From Mobula hypostoma (taxonomy: Eukaryota), in assembly GCF_963921235.1 (NCBI RefSeq), contig NC_086118.1, positions 14,944,001 through 15,008,000 on the forward strand: a stretch of DNA of 64,000 bases, read 5' to 3'. The notes beneath the pieces are model-generated. The model saw only the letters and a list, made by a program, of their open reading frames with translations. It was not told the origin of the DNA and did not search any database. This document shows positions 1 to 11,895 of the stretch, piece by piece (positions within the stretch are counted from its first letter, which is position 1; every line of letters starts with the position of its first letter). Both the position numbers and the translations under genes were made by a program.

Positions 1-405
1 GGCAAGGTTTTATGGAAGACTGGCAAATGCCCATGCAACAAGTCTCCCCTCTCCATGACGCTGATGGGCAAGGGCCGATACAGCTCGGCACCAGTGTCAT
101 CGCAGGAGTTGCCAGAACGAGGTTGAAAGCAATGTCGGACTGCCTTAGGGACTCCAGCTCCGGATTTGTCCTCAGGGTTTACTCCCGAAGCCTTTCCCAT
201 GAGTGGGTACGGCCACAAGGCAGCGGAGGTTTAGAATCAGAGTTTTCCCTCTCTTAGATGGACTGTCTTCCCAGGCTGACAAGCTCCATCTACCCGAAGC
301 ACTAGTTTTAAGGCCCCAGAACCCGCCTTCACCCCTTCTCCTGTCAGTAGAAACAGTTCCGCCGGGCTTAGAGGCTAAGCCACACGAGAAGTCCAACTCC
401 TGGTA
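1..405 (-). mobile_element. RTE-type retroelement 5' region (probably non-autonomous), truncated by window edge
   Basis: Minus strand reads ...CAGTCCATCTAAGAGAGGGAAAACTCTGATTCTAAACC..., resembling the RTE 5'UTR motif; GC-rich with short hairpins (GGCTTAG-cct-CTAAGCC). Confidence 0.5.
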
Positions 406-429
406 GATTAGTTAATGGCAAGAAATTAG

Positions 430-1240
430 GAGGTGCTGTTGAGAGAAGGTGGTACATTACAGGGAGACTTTGGTCAGTTAGAGAAATGGGCTGGGGAGTG
501 CCAAATGGATTTCAACACAGATAAATATGTGGTGATGCAGTATGGAAAGACAAACCAGTGTAGGACTTGTGCTATGAAAGGCAGTGCACCAGGGAATGTA
601 ATGGAACAGAATGATTTAGGAGTAGAAGTATATTCAGTAGGTTTTTGAAAGCAGCATTATATGTAAGCAGGCTGGGTAAAAAGCCACTTAGCACACTGGC
701 CTTTATCAGTCTATATAGGAGTTAGAACATTACGTTGCAGTTACACAAATTGTTGGTGAGGCCAGATTTGAAGAACTGTATACAGTTTAGTTCACTGTTA
801 CTAGGAAAGATGTGATTAAGCTGCTGCGTGCAGAAGACAATTCCGAGGATGTTGACAGGACTAGAGAGAGATTGGCCTAGCTTGGTCTTTATTTCTTGGA
901 ATGTGGAAAAATGAGGAGTGACCTTATAGAGGTGTTAAAATGATGAGAGACATAGAGAGATTAGGTGGCAATAGTCTTTTCCACAGGCTGGGGACACTAA
1001 AATTAGGGAGCATAAATTTAGGGTGAGAGGGTAAAATTTCAAAAGGCGCATGAGTGGCAACTTTTCATGTACAGGATGATGAGTATATGGGGAATGAACT
1101 GCCAGTAGTTGAAGCAGGTACAGCAGTATCATTTAGGAAACACTCGGATCAGTACTTGGAGTAGTGGGGCATAGATGGATACAGGCTGCACACAGGAAAC
1201 TGTAACTTGTGATCAGACTACTCATTGGGCTGAAGGCTCT
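430..1240 (+). mobile_element. CR1 LINE 3' fragment, degenerate
   Basis: LQGDFGQLEKWAGECQMDFNTDK (CR1 RT C-terminal motif) and CR1-type 3' sequence shared with other copies in the window. Confidence 0.8.
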
Positions 1241-1479
1241 GTATACAGGATGCATTGCATGAGGGCTCTACGTCCTCAGTGGTGGGGAGGCTCACACCCG
1301 TGATGGGGCTAGCTGAAATTAAACTCTCTGAACCTCTTGTGACCCCGTGCATTGGCTCCTCCATACCAGACAATGATGCAACCAGTCAGAATGCTCTCCA
1401 CGGAACGTCTGTAGAAAACTACTCGAGTCATCGGTGACAGGCCAAATCTTCTCGAACTCCTGATGAAGTACACTCAGAC

Positions 1480-1671
1480 AACAGGAATTCTGCAGATGCT
1501 GGAAACTCAAGCAACACACATCAAAATTTCTGGTGAACGCAGCAGGCCAGGCAGCATCTCTAGAAAGAAGGACTAAGACTAGTGCTGACGAAGGGTCTCG
1601 GCCTGAAACATCAACTGTACTTCTTCCTAGAGATGCTCCCTGGCCTGCTGCGTTCACCAGCAACTTTGATG
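1480..1671. mobile_element. Miniature palindromic Penelope-like insertion containing a hammerhead motif
   Basis: Inverted arms ~1517-1570/1620-1673; TSD TGAAGTACA(C/G)TCAGAC at 1464-1479 and 1672-1687; same terminal sequence as the GIY-YIG element at 38955-40187. Confidence 0.85.
1581..1616 (+). ncRNA. Minimal type-I hammerhead ribozyme motif (partly decayed)
   Basis: AGTG-CTGACGA-AGGGTCTCGGCCT-GAAA-CATC-AACT; core intact, ACGT palindrome mutated to ACAT, helix I has one mismatch. Confidence 0.65.
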
Positions 1672-1678
1672 TGAAGTA

Positions 1679-3035
1679 CAGTCAGACCTTGCTTAACGCT
1701 GAGGATGTGCTCCTCGGAGGTGGAGCGCTATGTAAATCAGCGTTATCTGGGGTTGTTATAACATTATGTAAATAGACCTGCATGTCTGATTAAAAAAAAT
1801 CAAACCTGAGATATATGATATATTATTGTATGTACACACAGTAATCCGTGGAGTAACAAACACACAAGTAGGCCTAACCTGTACATCAATGGAGCAGAAA
1901 CACATCACAGCGACAGCAGAGGGAAGCGGGTCGAGGCTACATCTTAGGGAGGGACCAGTCTGTGGGTTCTCCTCTAACTTCAGCTTCTCCTTCAATTAGG
2001 CGTCGAGGTTTGACCACCTTTCTTAAGTTTCTTCTCATGAAGCAGTTCTCGGTAGCAGGAAATCATTTCAAGAACACCTCTCTTTGCCTTATTGCTTTGC
2101 TCCCAGTCCGGGTCATTATCGATGAACTGGTCCATTATTTGTGCGATTACGGTGATGCTAGTACTGAGGAATTTTGTGGTGCAGTTTCTTGCTGGTGTTT
2201 CCGCTTCTCCATCTGTGTCCTCAGATTCACTCAGGATGCATTGCTCTGCCAATTCTCAAAGCTCTTCTTTAATAAGGCTCTTATGGTCTGCACTAGCTGC
2301 TTCACCAGAAATACAAATGCTATGGAGATTTAAATCTATCAAGCCAACCTCTGCTGGCTGTGAATGTTACCGACATATCATCATCTTCTTGAATATGAAC
2401 GAAGATGCTTCTTGCCTTTTCCAATATTATCAGCTGGCATAGGGGCATGTTTGGTCATCCACCCATATACTTAGTCTATCTTCCAACTTTTCAAGCAAAT
2501 GGCTCCTTGAAAATGTCTCCTTTGTTGAAGATAACTTTAAGGTCATTGTTGCAGAAGCTATTATCTCATCTGCATTTTTTATAATTGCTCTGATCGTCGA
2601 GGTAGTCAATTTTAAGGAGGCGCCAACATCAATCTGATGCTCACCAGCTTCCAAACGCCATTATCACTTGTAGTTTCACATCCATGCATCCATGCTATGC
2701 TTTTCCTAAACATCTTAGATGTACTACCTTCACTGGAAGTTGCAGGTCTTTTTCCAGACATTATGAGTGAAAAAAATGGAATAAGTTGGCGAGGGAGCAA
2801 GAACGCTTACACACGCGAGGGAGGCAGAGAGTGAACTGATACATGATTGGCTGTGAGTGGCTCAGAGTGTATGTAAAGCGCTCTCATTGGCTGATTGAAT
2901 GTTTACTGTAATGGCAGCCGCTCTTGAGAAGTTTTAAGTGTTGTTTAGAATGAATTTTTGTCATTTAAAAAAAAATTTCAATAAGGAAATGAATAACTGC
3001 GTTGTAACTAATCAGCGCTATGCAGGGTCTGAGTG
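1679..3035 (-). mobile_element. Tigger/pogo-type DNA transposon, internally deleted
   Basis: Imperfect 21-bp TIRs 1679-1699 and 3015-3035, TA on left; CENP-B-like HTH remnant (LKLTTSTIRAIIKNADEI...LEDRLSIWVDDQ) and C-terminal remnant (DPDWEQSNKAKRGVLEMISCYRELL); no DDD domain seen. Confidence 0.8.
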
Positions 3036-4989
3036 TTCAGTTATTGGCCTGCCTTTAACATGATTTCATCAGTATGGTGGGCCCTAAATAGATCCTCAGG
3101 CATGTTGACACCCAAGAACTTTTAATGAGGATTGGTGTGTATTCACTCGACTTTCCCTTCCAGAAGTCCACAGTCAGTTCTGTCATCTTGCTGACATTGA
3201 GCACAAGGTGGCTGTTGTGACACCACTCAAGCAGCCAATCTATTTCATTCCTGTATGCCTCCTTGTCACCATCTGAGATTTTGTCAACAGTTGTGTTATT
3301 GGCAAATTTGTAGATGGGTTTTAGCTATGCCTATCCACACAGGCATGGAGTGTAAGGAGAGTAGAGCAGAGGGATATTCTCACATCCTTGAAGTGTGCCA
3401 GTGTTGGTTGTCAACAAGGAGGAAATGTTATCAACAATCTTGACTGTGTTCTCCCAATGTAGAAAAGAAGAATCCAAATACTGGGGCCAGGTTATGACGA
3501 TTATTGGTTAGAACTGAAGGGATGATGGTGCTGAACAGCAAGCTATAATCAATAAACAGCAGTCTGACATGGGTATTACGGTTGTCCAGTTGATCCAAAC
3601 ACCAGCGGAGTGCCAATGGGATTGCGTCTGCTGTAGACCTGTTCCAGCGGTAAGCAAATTGCAGCGGGTCTAGGTTTTTGCTCAAGCAGGAGTATCTCTA
3701 GTCATAACCATCCTCTAAAAGCTTTTCAACACAGAAGATGTGAGTGCAACTGGCTGATAGTCATTGAGGAACTCACTCTGCTTTTGAGCACCGGTATGAT
3801 TGATACCCTTTTGAAGCAAGTGGGAATCTCCCACTGCAGCAGTAAGAGAATGAAAAAGTCCTTGAATAGTCCAGCTAGTTGGTCACCACAGCTTTCCAGT
3901 ACACTGCCTGCCAGGTACACCACTAGGGACTGATACCGTACGAGGATCTTCCATCCCTCATCTTTAACTTCCGTAATCAGCTCTTGAAATTTCCACACTC
4001 ACCCATTTCTAGAAGACAGAGATTTTAATCACTCCATCTATAACTGCATTGGTTACAAACACAGGAATTCTCTCGGCTCCAAAATTATCCCTGTAATGTA
4101 CTCAGTAAAACTTATTTCTTTGACCAAGCTGTTGCACATTTGAAATAACAAACATTTATGTGGGGAGGATCACACTCTGGAGTATTCTGCTTGGGATGTT
4201 TTACCGTGTCAGCTTAGTGATTGCTAGTTGGTGACATGATACCCAAAATATAGATAATGTTATGGCCCCAAAGGCATCCAGTTGTTCAGACAGATACTGT
4301 GTAGTGAAATATGTTTAGCAGACATTTGGGAAAACATCTAGTGCTTACAGCAGTGACCAATGATGCTAAACTGAGTCACTTAAATTGCACAGTGATTAGG
4401 CTAGGATTAAATCAGGGCTTGAAGGGCCAATTCCATGCTGTCTTTTAATAAATAAAATAATTTTTTAAAAAAATCTTCATGCCCTGGCTGGTTACTGAGA
4501 GGTAACCAAATTTGATGACAGTGGTCATTTTTTACAGGATGGTAGGGTGATTCATCAGGTACACAGAAAACTTGGACACATGTTGCTTAAGTGTGGTTGT
4601 TATAGCTTATAAAAACTTTTTTTTTGTGAAGTGTATGTTCTATTGTAAAATTTTCAAATATGGATGTTCAAATAACATGAAAGAAATTTTCAATTGCTAG
4701 AAAGTGCCATATCTTTGATATGAATCTTGCTAATGTGTAAATCTAAAATAATAACAGAAAATTGTTTGCATGGACTAGATGGGCCGAAGGGCCTGTTTCT
4801 GTGCTGTAGTGCTCTATGACTCTATAAAAAAAGGATTTACATCTTAGAGAATAATGATCTTGAGAGTTAACCTGCAGGCAGAATTGAGCCATGTAGTGGC
4901 TATTGACATCTGAAAACAGTTTAAATCCTCCAACATGCACAATGGAAGAAACCACCTACACACAGAGCAGTAGCATTCATATCATCATA

Positions 4990-5480
4990 GAAATGTACAG
5001 CACAGTAACGGGCCCTTGTAGTCCACTTCATCCACACTGATTACAATGCCCATAGATACTAATCTCATTTGCCCTCATTATAACTGCATCCCTATCCAAG
5101 TACCTGTCTAAATGCCTCCACTACCTCCTGACAGCTTGTTTCAGGTAACCACTACCTTCTGTGAGGAAAAACTTGGCCTTCTGATCTTCTTTAAATTATG
5201 TCACCTTAAACCTGTGCCTTCTAGCTCCAGGTTCTCTTACTCTAGGAAGAAGATTCTGATAATATATTCTATCTATTCCATTTTTAACTTTTTAAACCTT
5301 GATAACAACACCCGTCGGCCTCCTACATTCCAATGAGAATGAATTTCACCATACCCAACTTTTCCCTGATAGCTACAGCCTGGTGAATCACTTCTTCCCT
5401 CTCTCTATTCCAACATATCTTTCCTGTAGTACAGCAAACAGAACTGTATGCAAAGCTCTCAAAGTGCAGTCTAACCAATG
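4990..5480 (-). mobile_element. CR1 LINE 3' fragment, old
   Basis: Reverse-complement similarity to CR1 3' ends at 13925-14500 and 52905-53400. Confidence 0.55.
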
Positions 5481-6129
5481 ATTTTTGTACAATTGTAGAA
5501 GAGTACAAAAGATCTTGAGGGATCTGGACATGATGAAAGCAAGAGATATTCACTTCCAAGTGGCAAAGTTCCAACTGGTGGGAGTTACCCTTTAAAGTGA
5601 TTGGTCATCCATTTAAGACAGGGGAAAGGCATTTTTTTTCTCCCTTGCTGAAAAACAATAGAAACAGAGCCACTTAACATTGTTTTGATGAAATAGAGGT
5701 AACGGCTAGATCAACCATGATCTTAACACATGGTGGTGCAGGTTTGAGGGGCGAATGGCCTACTGCACAACCTAGCCTATATATTCATAACTCTGCTCAA
5801 GGCCTCTGAACCCCTTGGATAATATCACAAGAAGCTACTTAGATTTCTGGAACTTAGAGTGAACCCCCCCCCTAATATTTCAATAGAATCCCATATTTTT
5901 AAATCCTTTTTCCCCCACATACAGTAGATACATTATTATAGATTCAGGAGTAAATTTAAAAGGGATAAAGTACCCCACAATAGTCCTCAGATCTTAAATC
6001 ACTAAAATTCAAAATATCAAGCAAGTTAACAGGGGTACTAATATAGATGAAACCATGGTCCTTTCTTGTTGGTTAAGAACGAAAAAGGAGATTTCTTCCG
6101 CTTATTGGCTGTGCAAAGAACAGCACGTT

Positions 6130-6880
6130 GGTAAATTGGTTTATTATTGTCACATGTCCAACATATCTTCCATACAGATGAATTCATTACAATAGTGCAT
6201 TGAGGTTGTACAAGGGAAAATATTAAAGAGGTGCAGAATAAAGTATTACAGCACAGAGAAAGTGCAATGCAAGGTCACAATGGGGTAGGTTGTGAGGTGA
6301 AGAATCTGTCTTATTATACCAGGGAATCACTTAATAGTCCTTTAACGGTAGTATAGAACCTGTGCTTGAGTCCAATGGTAAGTACTTTCAAACTTTTCTA
6401 TCTTCTACCCAATTAGAGGATGGAGAAGAGAGAATATCTGAAGTGGGTAGGATCTTTGATTATGCTGGGTGCATTACGGATACAGCAAGAAGTGTAGATA
6501 GAGTCCAAGAAGGGGAGACCAGTTTCCATAAGGTACTAAGCTGTGCCTACAACTCTCTGCAGTTTCTTGCGCTTGTGGAGAGAACAGTTGTCAAGCTAAG
6601 CCATGGTGCATATAGATGGGTTGCTTTCTAAGATGCATCGATTAAAAACTGAAATGGGTCTACAGAGACAAGCCAAATTTCTTTAGCTTTCTGAGTAAAG
6701 AGAAGCACTGGTGATCTTTCTTGGCCGTGGCATCAATGTGGTTGGACCAGGATAGGTGATGTTAACTCCTCAGAATTTGAAACTCTCAACCCACTGAATC
6801 TGAGCACCATTGACATAAATGGAGGCATGTGCACCTTTTCACATCCTGAAGTCAATGACCAACTCTTTGGCTTTGCTTAC
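6130..6880 (-). mobile_element. Rex1/Babar LINE 3' fragment, old
   Basis: VSKAKELVIDFR motif (6839-7024 ORF end) and 3'UTR similarity to other copies. Confidence 0.6.
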
Positions 6881-7418
6881 CACAAGCGTTAGAGGCTTGC
6901 TTCTCCCGCTGGCTTCTAATTTTGTTTTTCGTCTGCATGGATGCAACATGATTTGTCTCCTCAAGCCACATGGCTGAAATTGGTTTACAACGGTGCAAGG
7001 AGGAGAGTCACTGGGTACTATCATGTATCATATTGCTCATCTGAAATGAGTACAATCTTGAGGGAAAAGTTATTTTTAAGGTAATATTTATCCTTAAAAC
7101 ACGAGTTTTGTAAAGCACAATAAATCACCTTCAAAAAGTATAAAAATAGCATGCCTTTCTGCAGCATTTAATTAAAGGCATCAGGTGCTTCATTTCCAAA
7201 GGCTTAAAGGTGCACAGGGAAGAGTTGTAAGGAATTAGCTTATCAGCAAATGGTGAAGAAACAATTTTTAAGTAATTCCAGCAATCCAGAATGACATTAG
7301 CAATAAATTACACAGCCACAGTAGCTTAATCTCAGTTCATCTGCCATAACTTCACCTGATCAGAGCAATTCGTTGTGATCCCTCCCATACCTTCCACCAC
7401 CTTTACTGTCAACTAGAT

Positions 7419-7466
7419 AGTTCTGATGAAGGTCCTTCCTGAAGTCATAGACCTGAAATGTTAACT
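7419..7466 (+). ncRNA. Hammerhead ribozyme motif, divergent PLE subfamily
   Basis: AGTT-CTGATGA-AGGTC[15-nt loop]GACCT-GAAA-TGTT-AACT; helix I AGTT/AACT and stem II AGGTC/GACCT fully paired; followed by PLE-terminus-like sequence. Confidence 0.65.
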
Positions 7467-7594
7467 GTTTCTTATTCCAATGACACTGCCTGACTTGATA
7501 AATTTTCCTGGCATTTTAAATTTTCTACTTTTGTATCATGTTGGGTCAAGTTTTCTTACTATATTTGTACGGGCTAAGACTTTATTCCATCAAG

Positions 7595-7965
7595 TATAGG
7601 ACGGAGGAGCAATCTTATAGAGGTGTATAAAATCATAAGGGGCATAGACAGGGTGAATGCATTTTCCCAGGTAAAGGGAATCAAAACGTGACACCATAGA
7701 TTTAAGGTGCGAGAGGAAAGACTTAAAACAGACCTGAGGGGAAACTTCTTCACACAGGATTGTGCATATGTGGAATAAGCTGCCACAGGAAGTGGTTGAG
7801 ACAGGTACAATAACTATATTTAAAAGACACTTGGACAGGTACATGGACAGGAAAGGAGAGGGATATGGGTCAAAAACAGGCATATGGGACGAGCTTAAAT
7901 GAGCATCTTGGTCATCGTGGACGATTGGACCAAAGACCTGTCTCTGTGATGCATTACCTTATGAT
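7595..7965 (+). mobile_element. CR1 LINE 3' fragment
   Basis: ...ATCTTATAGAGGTGTATAAAATCATAAGGGGCATAGACAGGGTG...; matches the other CR1 3' ends. Confidence 0.75.
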
Positions 7966-8234
7966 TCCTTACCATGAGCTTCTTGGTCTATGTAATGTGT
8001 GGTTGATGTGCAGGTAGCCGCTCTTGTTGAAACATTTTGACTTTGCTACCACAAACAATCCCTTTCTCTCCCCAATCTTTCCATCTCTTACTTCCTACTG
8101 AAAATCCTTGCATATCTCTATTTTCTAATTCTGATAAAGCTAAGAGGAGCTAAGTTTGTCCATATTTCTACTTGACTTCAGATTTTCAGTACCTGCAGTT
8201 TATTTCCATTTGCAATTGCCTAATCTCTGTTTTG

Positions 8235-8760
8235 TGTGGTGGATACAGTCCAGTACATCATGGGTAAAGTCTTCCCTACCACTGAGGACCTCTACAAGGA
8301 GTGCTGCAGCAGAAAAGCTGCATCCATCATCAGTAACCCCTACCATCCAGGCCATGCTCTCTTCTCACTGCTGCCATCAGGAAGGAGGTACAGGAGCCTC
8401 AGGATGCACACCATCTGGTTCAGGAACAGTTGTTATTACCCCTCAGGGTCTTGAACCAGAGGGGGTAACTTCACTCACCCCAACATTGAACCTATGGACT
8501 CACTTTCAAGGAGTCTGCTTCTCATGTTTTTGATATTTATTGCATATTTATTTATTATTATTTTGTTTTTTTTTTCCTTTTTGAATTTGAATCATTTGTT
8601 GTCTACTGCTCATTGGTTGTTTGTCCATTTTGTGTGCATTTTTTCATCAATTCTATTGTGTTTCTTTGTTAGTACTATGAATGCCTGCAAGAAAATGTAT
8701 CTCAGGGTTCCATATGGTGACGTATATCTACTTTGATAATAAGTTTACTTTCAGCTTTGA
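8235..8760 (+). mobile_element. Rex1/Babar LINE 3' end
   Basis: KAASIISNPYHPGHALFSLLPSGRRYRSLR motif, 3'UTR and TTTACTTTCAGCTTTGA tail. Confidence 0.8.
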
Positions 8761-11700
8761 AGGAACACATTACATGGAGAAAGTATCAAGACTACAAATC
8801 TGATCTGGAAAAGGGAGGGCAGTTCAAATAGTTAAATTTAACTACTCCACAAGGCAGAAGTTGTACTATGGTGATGCCATGCAGCAACAGCGAAAAGTGA
8901 CTAACACTGTCTCCTCTTCATGACTAGTGCAATTACAGTCCCATTCTGTGGTGGAAGTAGCATTAACTAAAGGCATATGGTTGTTTGTACAAATTGTGCT
9001 GGAACTATATCCCTGGTCTGAAGAATGATGGAAACATTGATGAATGTGGATGACACACCCTTTTTGTCTTCTTTGCAATAACTTCTAGAGATTGAAGGTC
9101 ATGCAATAAGTTATCCAACAATGTCACTATGGGAAGACAGATGTGTCTACAACATATTACTGAACCAACAGCTTTTGTCAATATAACTGGGAATTCTTCA
9201 GGGGGAAAATACCTGAGAAAACATTTCAATTCTTTGGTTTGGCTTGTGGACAAAATGAATGTGACAGATGATGGATTCTAGGCTGGAAAGAAAAGAACGT
9301 TGCTAGAATGTTAAAAGCCGAAGGAATCTTTTACGAGCTTTGCAGCAACACAGCCATCATATGTTTATAAAAGCTGAGACAAAGAAAACATCTGTTCTTG
9401 TAGAACTAATTGTGAAATCAGTGTACTTTATTACTCTTGCTGGAAGAGAAATCACTTAAATGTAGATGTTTTGCTGAAATCTATAAAGTGCAAATGATTC
9501 CTGAAATTTTCAGATTGTACTGCATCATATGGGCACGGATCATCTAGTAGAATGCAAATAATAAAACAGCTGAAAGTCAGGAATAGGATTGCTCGAGAAA
9601 AAGTTTGCATCATTAAGTTAATGAGAATAAAACAAAACCATGCTAGAAACCTAAACAAACATAAAATGCTGTGAATAATTTGATGAAGAGCCCCTAACAT
9701 GAATCATTTATCTGTCTCTCCTTGGAAAAATACAGCATTTACTCTTTTTGTTGTACATCTTAAAATCATGTTTTTTTTTGCAAGGAAATTGAAACGATAT
9801 TTTTAAGTAGTGAGCTGAGATGCTGGGGGTTCTCCAGTTAAACTGTGGAAGATTAAGAGCACTGTGGCACAGCAGTTAGTGCAGCTATCTTTCAGCTCCA
9901 GCAACACAGGCATGATGTTGTCCTAAGGTACTGCCCATGTAGAGTCTGCATGTTCTTCCCCTTGAGCATGAAGGTATGATGGATATTTGCTTCCAAGGCT
10001 AGGGGGCCTCTTGTTTTTGGCAAGCTTATCTATCCAAACATAGCAGCTGCCACTTGCAAAGATCAAACAGTTGTTTCTGAATGAATTAAACTTCCAACTA
10101 ATATTCATTGTTCAGTTTCTGGGTGTAGATGGGAACCAGTATTCAGCTCTTAAAATGTAAATTGAAAGCAGTAATCAGCATGAAATTTGTAAAAAAAAAC
10201 AGTTGTGCAGACAAGCTCTTTATAGCACAGACTGCTAGCTCATAGCAACTGAGGTATTGCTGAAGAGATGCAGTATATGGGTTATTTAATTTGGCTTGTT
10301 TCAAATCAGACAACTCTGGCTAAGTTGCTTAGCTCAAGGAAGTTTGCAGACCAGATGGAGACAATCACTTAGCATATCAATAACAGATCTATTAATAAGT
10401 TTATGTACTGATGGAAGTTAGCTTCACAACAGTAATTGTGACTAGCTTCAATCTACACCTCCAAGTAGTTTTCAGACCATTTGCGTAAAAGAGTATCTGA
10501 GGAAATAACATATATGTATGAAGTCACCCAAGTAGCAAACAAACTGTATAAATGAAGAGAGCAGTTTAAGCAAGAAGCATGAAAGAAACATGGGGTGAAA
10601 TAGAGTCCATTCCTCTGGCTTTGATTTCTCTGAAGGATGACTGGTTCTTCTGCATCATTAGTATATCCTTTTAACTAATAGGAATTTAAACTGTGTTTTG
10701 GAATCCTTTGTTTTAGAAATGGTTTGTAACTTGGAAGCCTATTGTGAGACAGAAATCTTCTGTGAGCTTTTGATGTGTTTTAAGAATGTTGTTTGGAATT
10801 AAATGTGTATCATTGAAAATAAATTAAATGTGCTTAAACTACTTTGTTAGCTGGAAGTATCCTCTCCTTGGCGGGGGACCCACCACTCAAATAGTGGGTA
10901 TTGGCAGCTAAACTCGCCATGGAGAATAAATAGGGAACTGAATGAGTCTTTGAAGATTGGGTAATTACAGTATAACTTCCCTTTAGTGAGTGTACTTGTG
11001 GCTTTTATATCAGATAAGGTGTAAGTTCTTTGTCTGAGTTTAAAACTTCATGGTCAACAAACCCAATGCCATCCCAAACACACACCCCGAGATACTCCAC
11101 TGTTCCCAAGGATGCACTGGCCGCTTGGCTGGATGCTAGTATGTTGACTCTGGTGTTGGTGGGTGGAAGGAAAATTTGTGGGGAGCTTTCAGGCATGGGA
11201 GAGATGAGGTTAGAGAGAAATGTGTCAAATGGTGATGTTACATGATCAAGTATGAACTCGATGGGCTAAGTAACCAACTTCGCTGTTGCAAGAAGCTATG
11301 AAGTAAACACAAGAGAATATTTGATGAGTGGAATAAATCACTGTGGAGCCTCTTATGAAGATGAGTGAAAGAAGCAGTGACGGTGGGGGGGGGGGGGGAG
11401 TACCGGTTGAATAACTTCTTTATCTGTCCTTGAAACCTATGGCCAAGTGGATTTACTGTTAGAAACTGTGAAATGCAGAGAAGCAAATATAGGTAAGTAG
11501 AGAAGTAAATTGGTATGGGCACTGTCTGAATTTAAAACATTATTCATAAGAAATTATTTTAGAACCTAGCAAAAAGAAGCACTTTCTAAAACAATTTTTA
11601 GGATTCTAGTGTTATCCTCAAGATCACCGTTAAATGCACATCCCTATCATTATCATGGTCAGCTGCTTCCTTAAAACACAACAGTCCTTTTCATGAAAGT

Positions 11701-11779
11701 CCTTCTACCCTTTTGTCAGGTCTCCAAATTGAATCACACAGTATGAGTGCCCCAAGCAAGGAGCAAGAGCTGGAGACAC

Positions 11780-11895
11780 AACAGACCGCAGAGGCTGGAA
11801 TCTGGAGCAGAAGACAAGCCGCTGGAGGAATTCAATGGGTCAGGCAGAATCCAGAGAAGGAAATGTTTCAGGTCGCGACCCTTCATCCAGACTGA
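11780..11895 (-). mobile_element. PLE terminus remnant with decayed hammerhead
   Basis: Minus strand CAGTCTGGATGAAGGGTCGCGACCTGAAACAT followed by PLE 3' terminal sequence. Confidence 0.55.

Larger units (their letters stand above)
1250..3995 (-). mobile_element. Rex1/Babar LINE fragment interrupted by Tigger and PLE insertions (LINE parts 1250-1470 and 3036-3995)
   Basis: [18 protein letters not shown]...VRLLFIDYS (3431-3685) and CGDQLAGLFKDFF...IPTCFK (3726-3998); sequence resumes across the 1471-3035 insertion. Confidence 0.75.

Noticed and set aside
9005..9212. Candidate terminal exon on the minus strand (YFPPEEFPVILTKAVG...)
   Set aside because: Acceptor-like site present but peptide unrecognised and phase incompatible with the 12045-12158 candidate; no independent support
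11384..11398. Poly-G run as a functional G-quadruplex
   Set aside because: Isolated homopolymer with no supporting context
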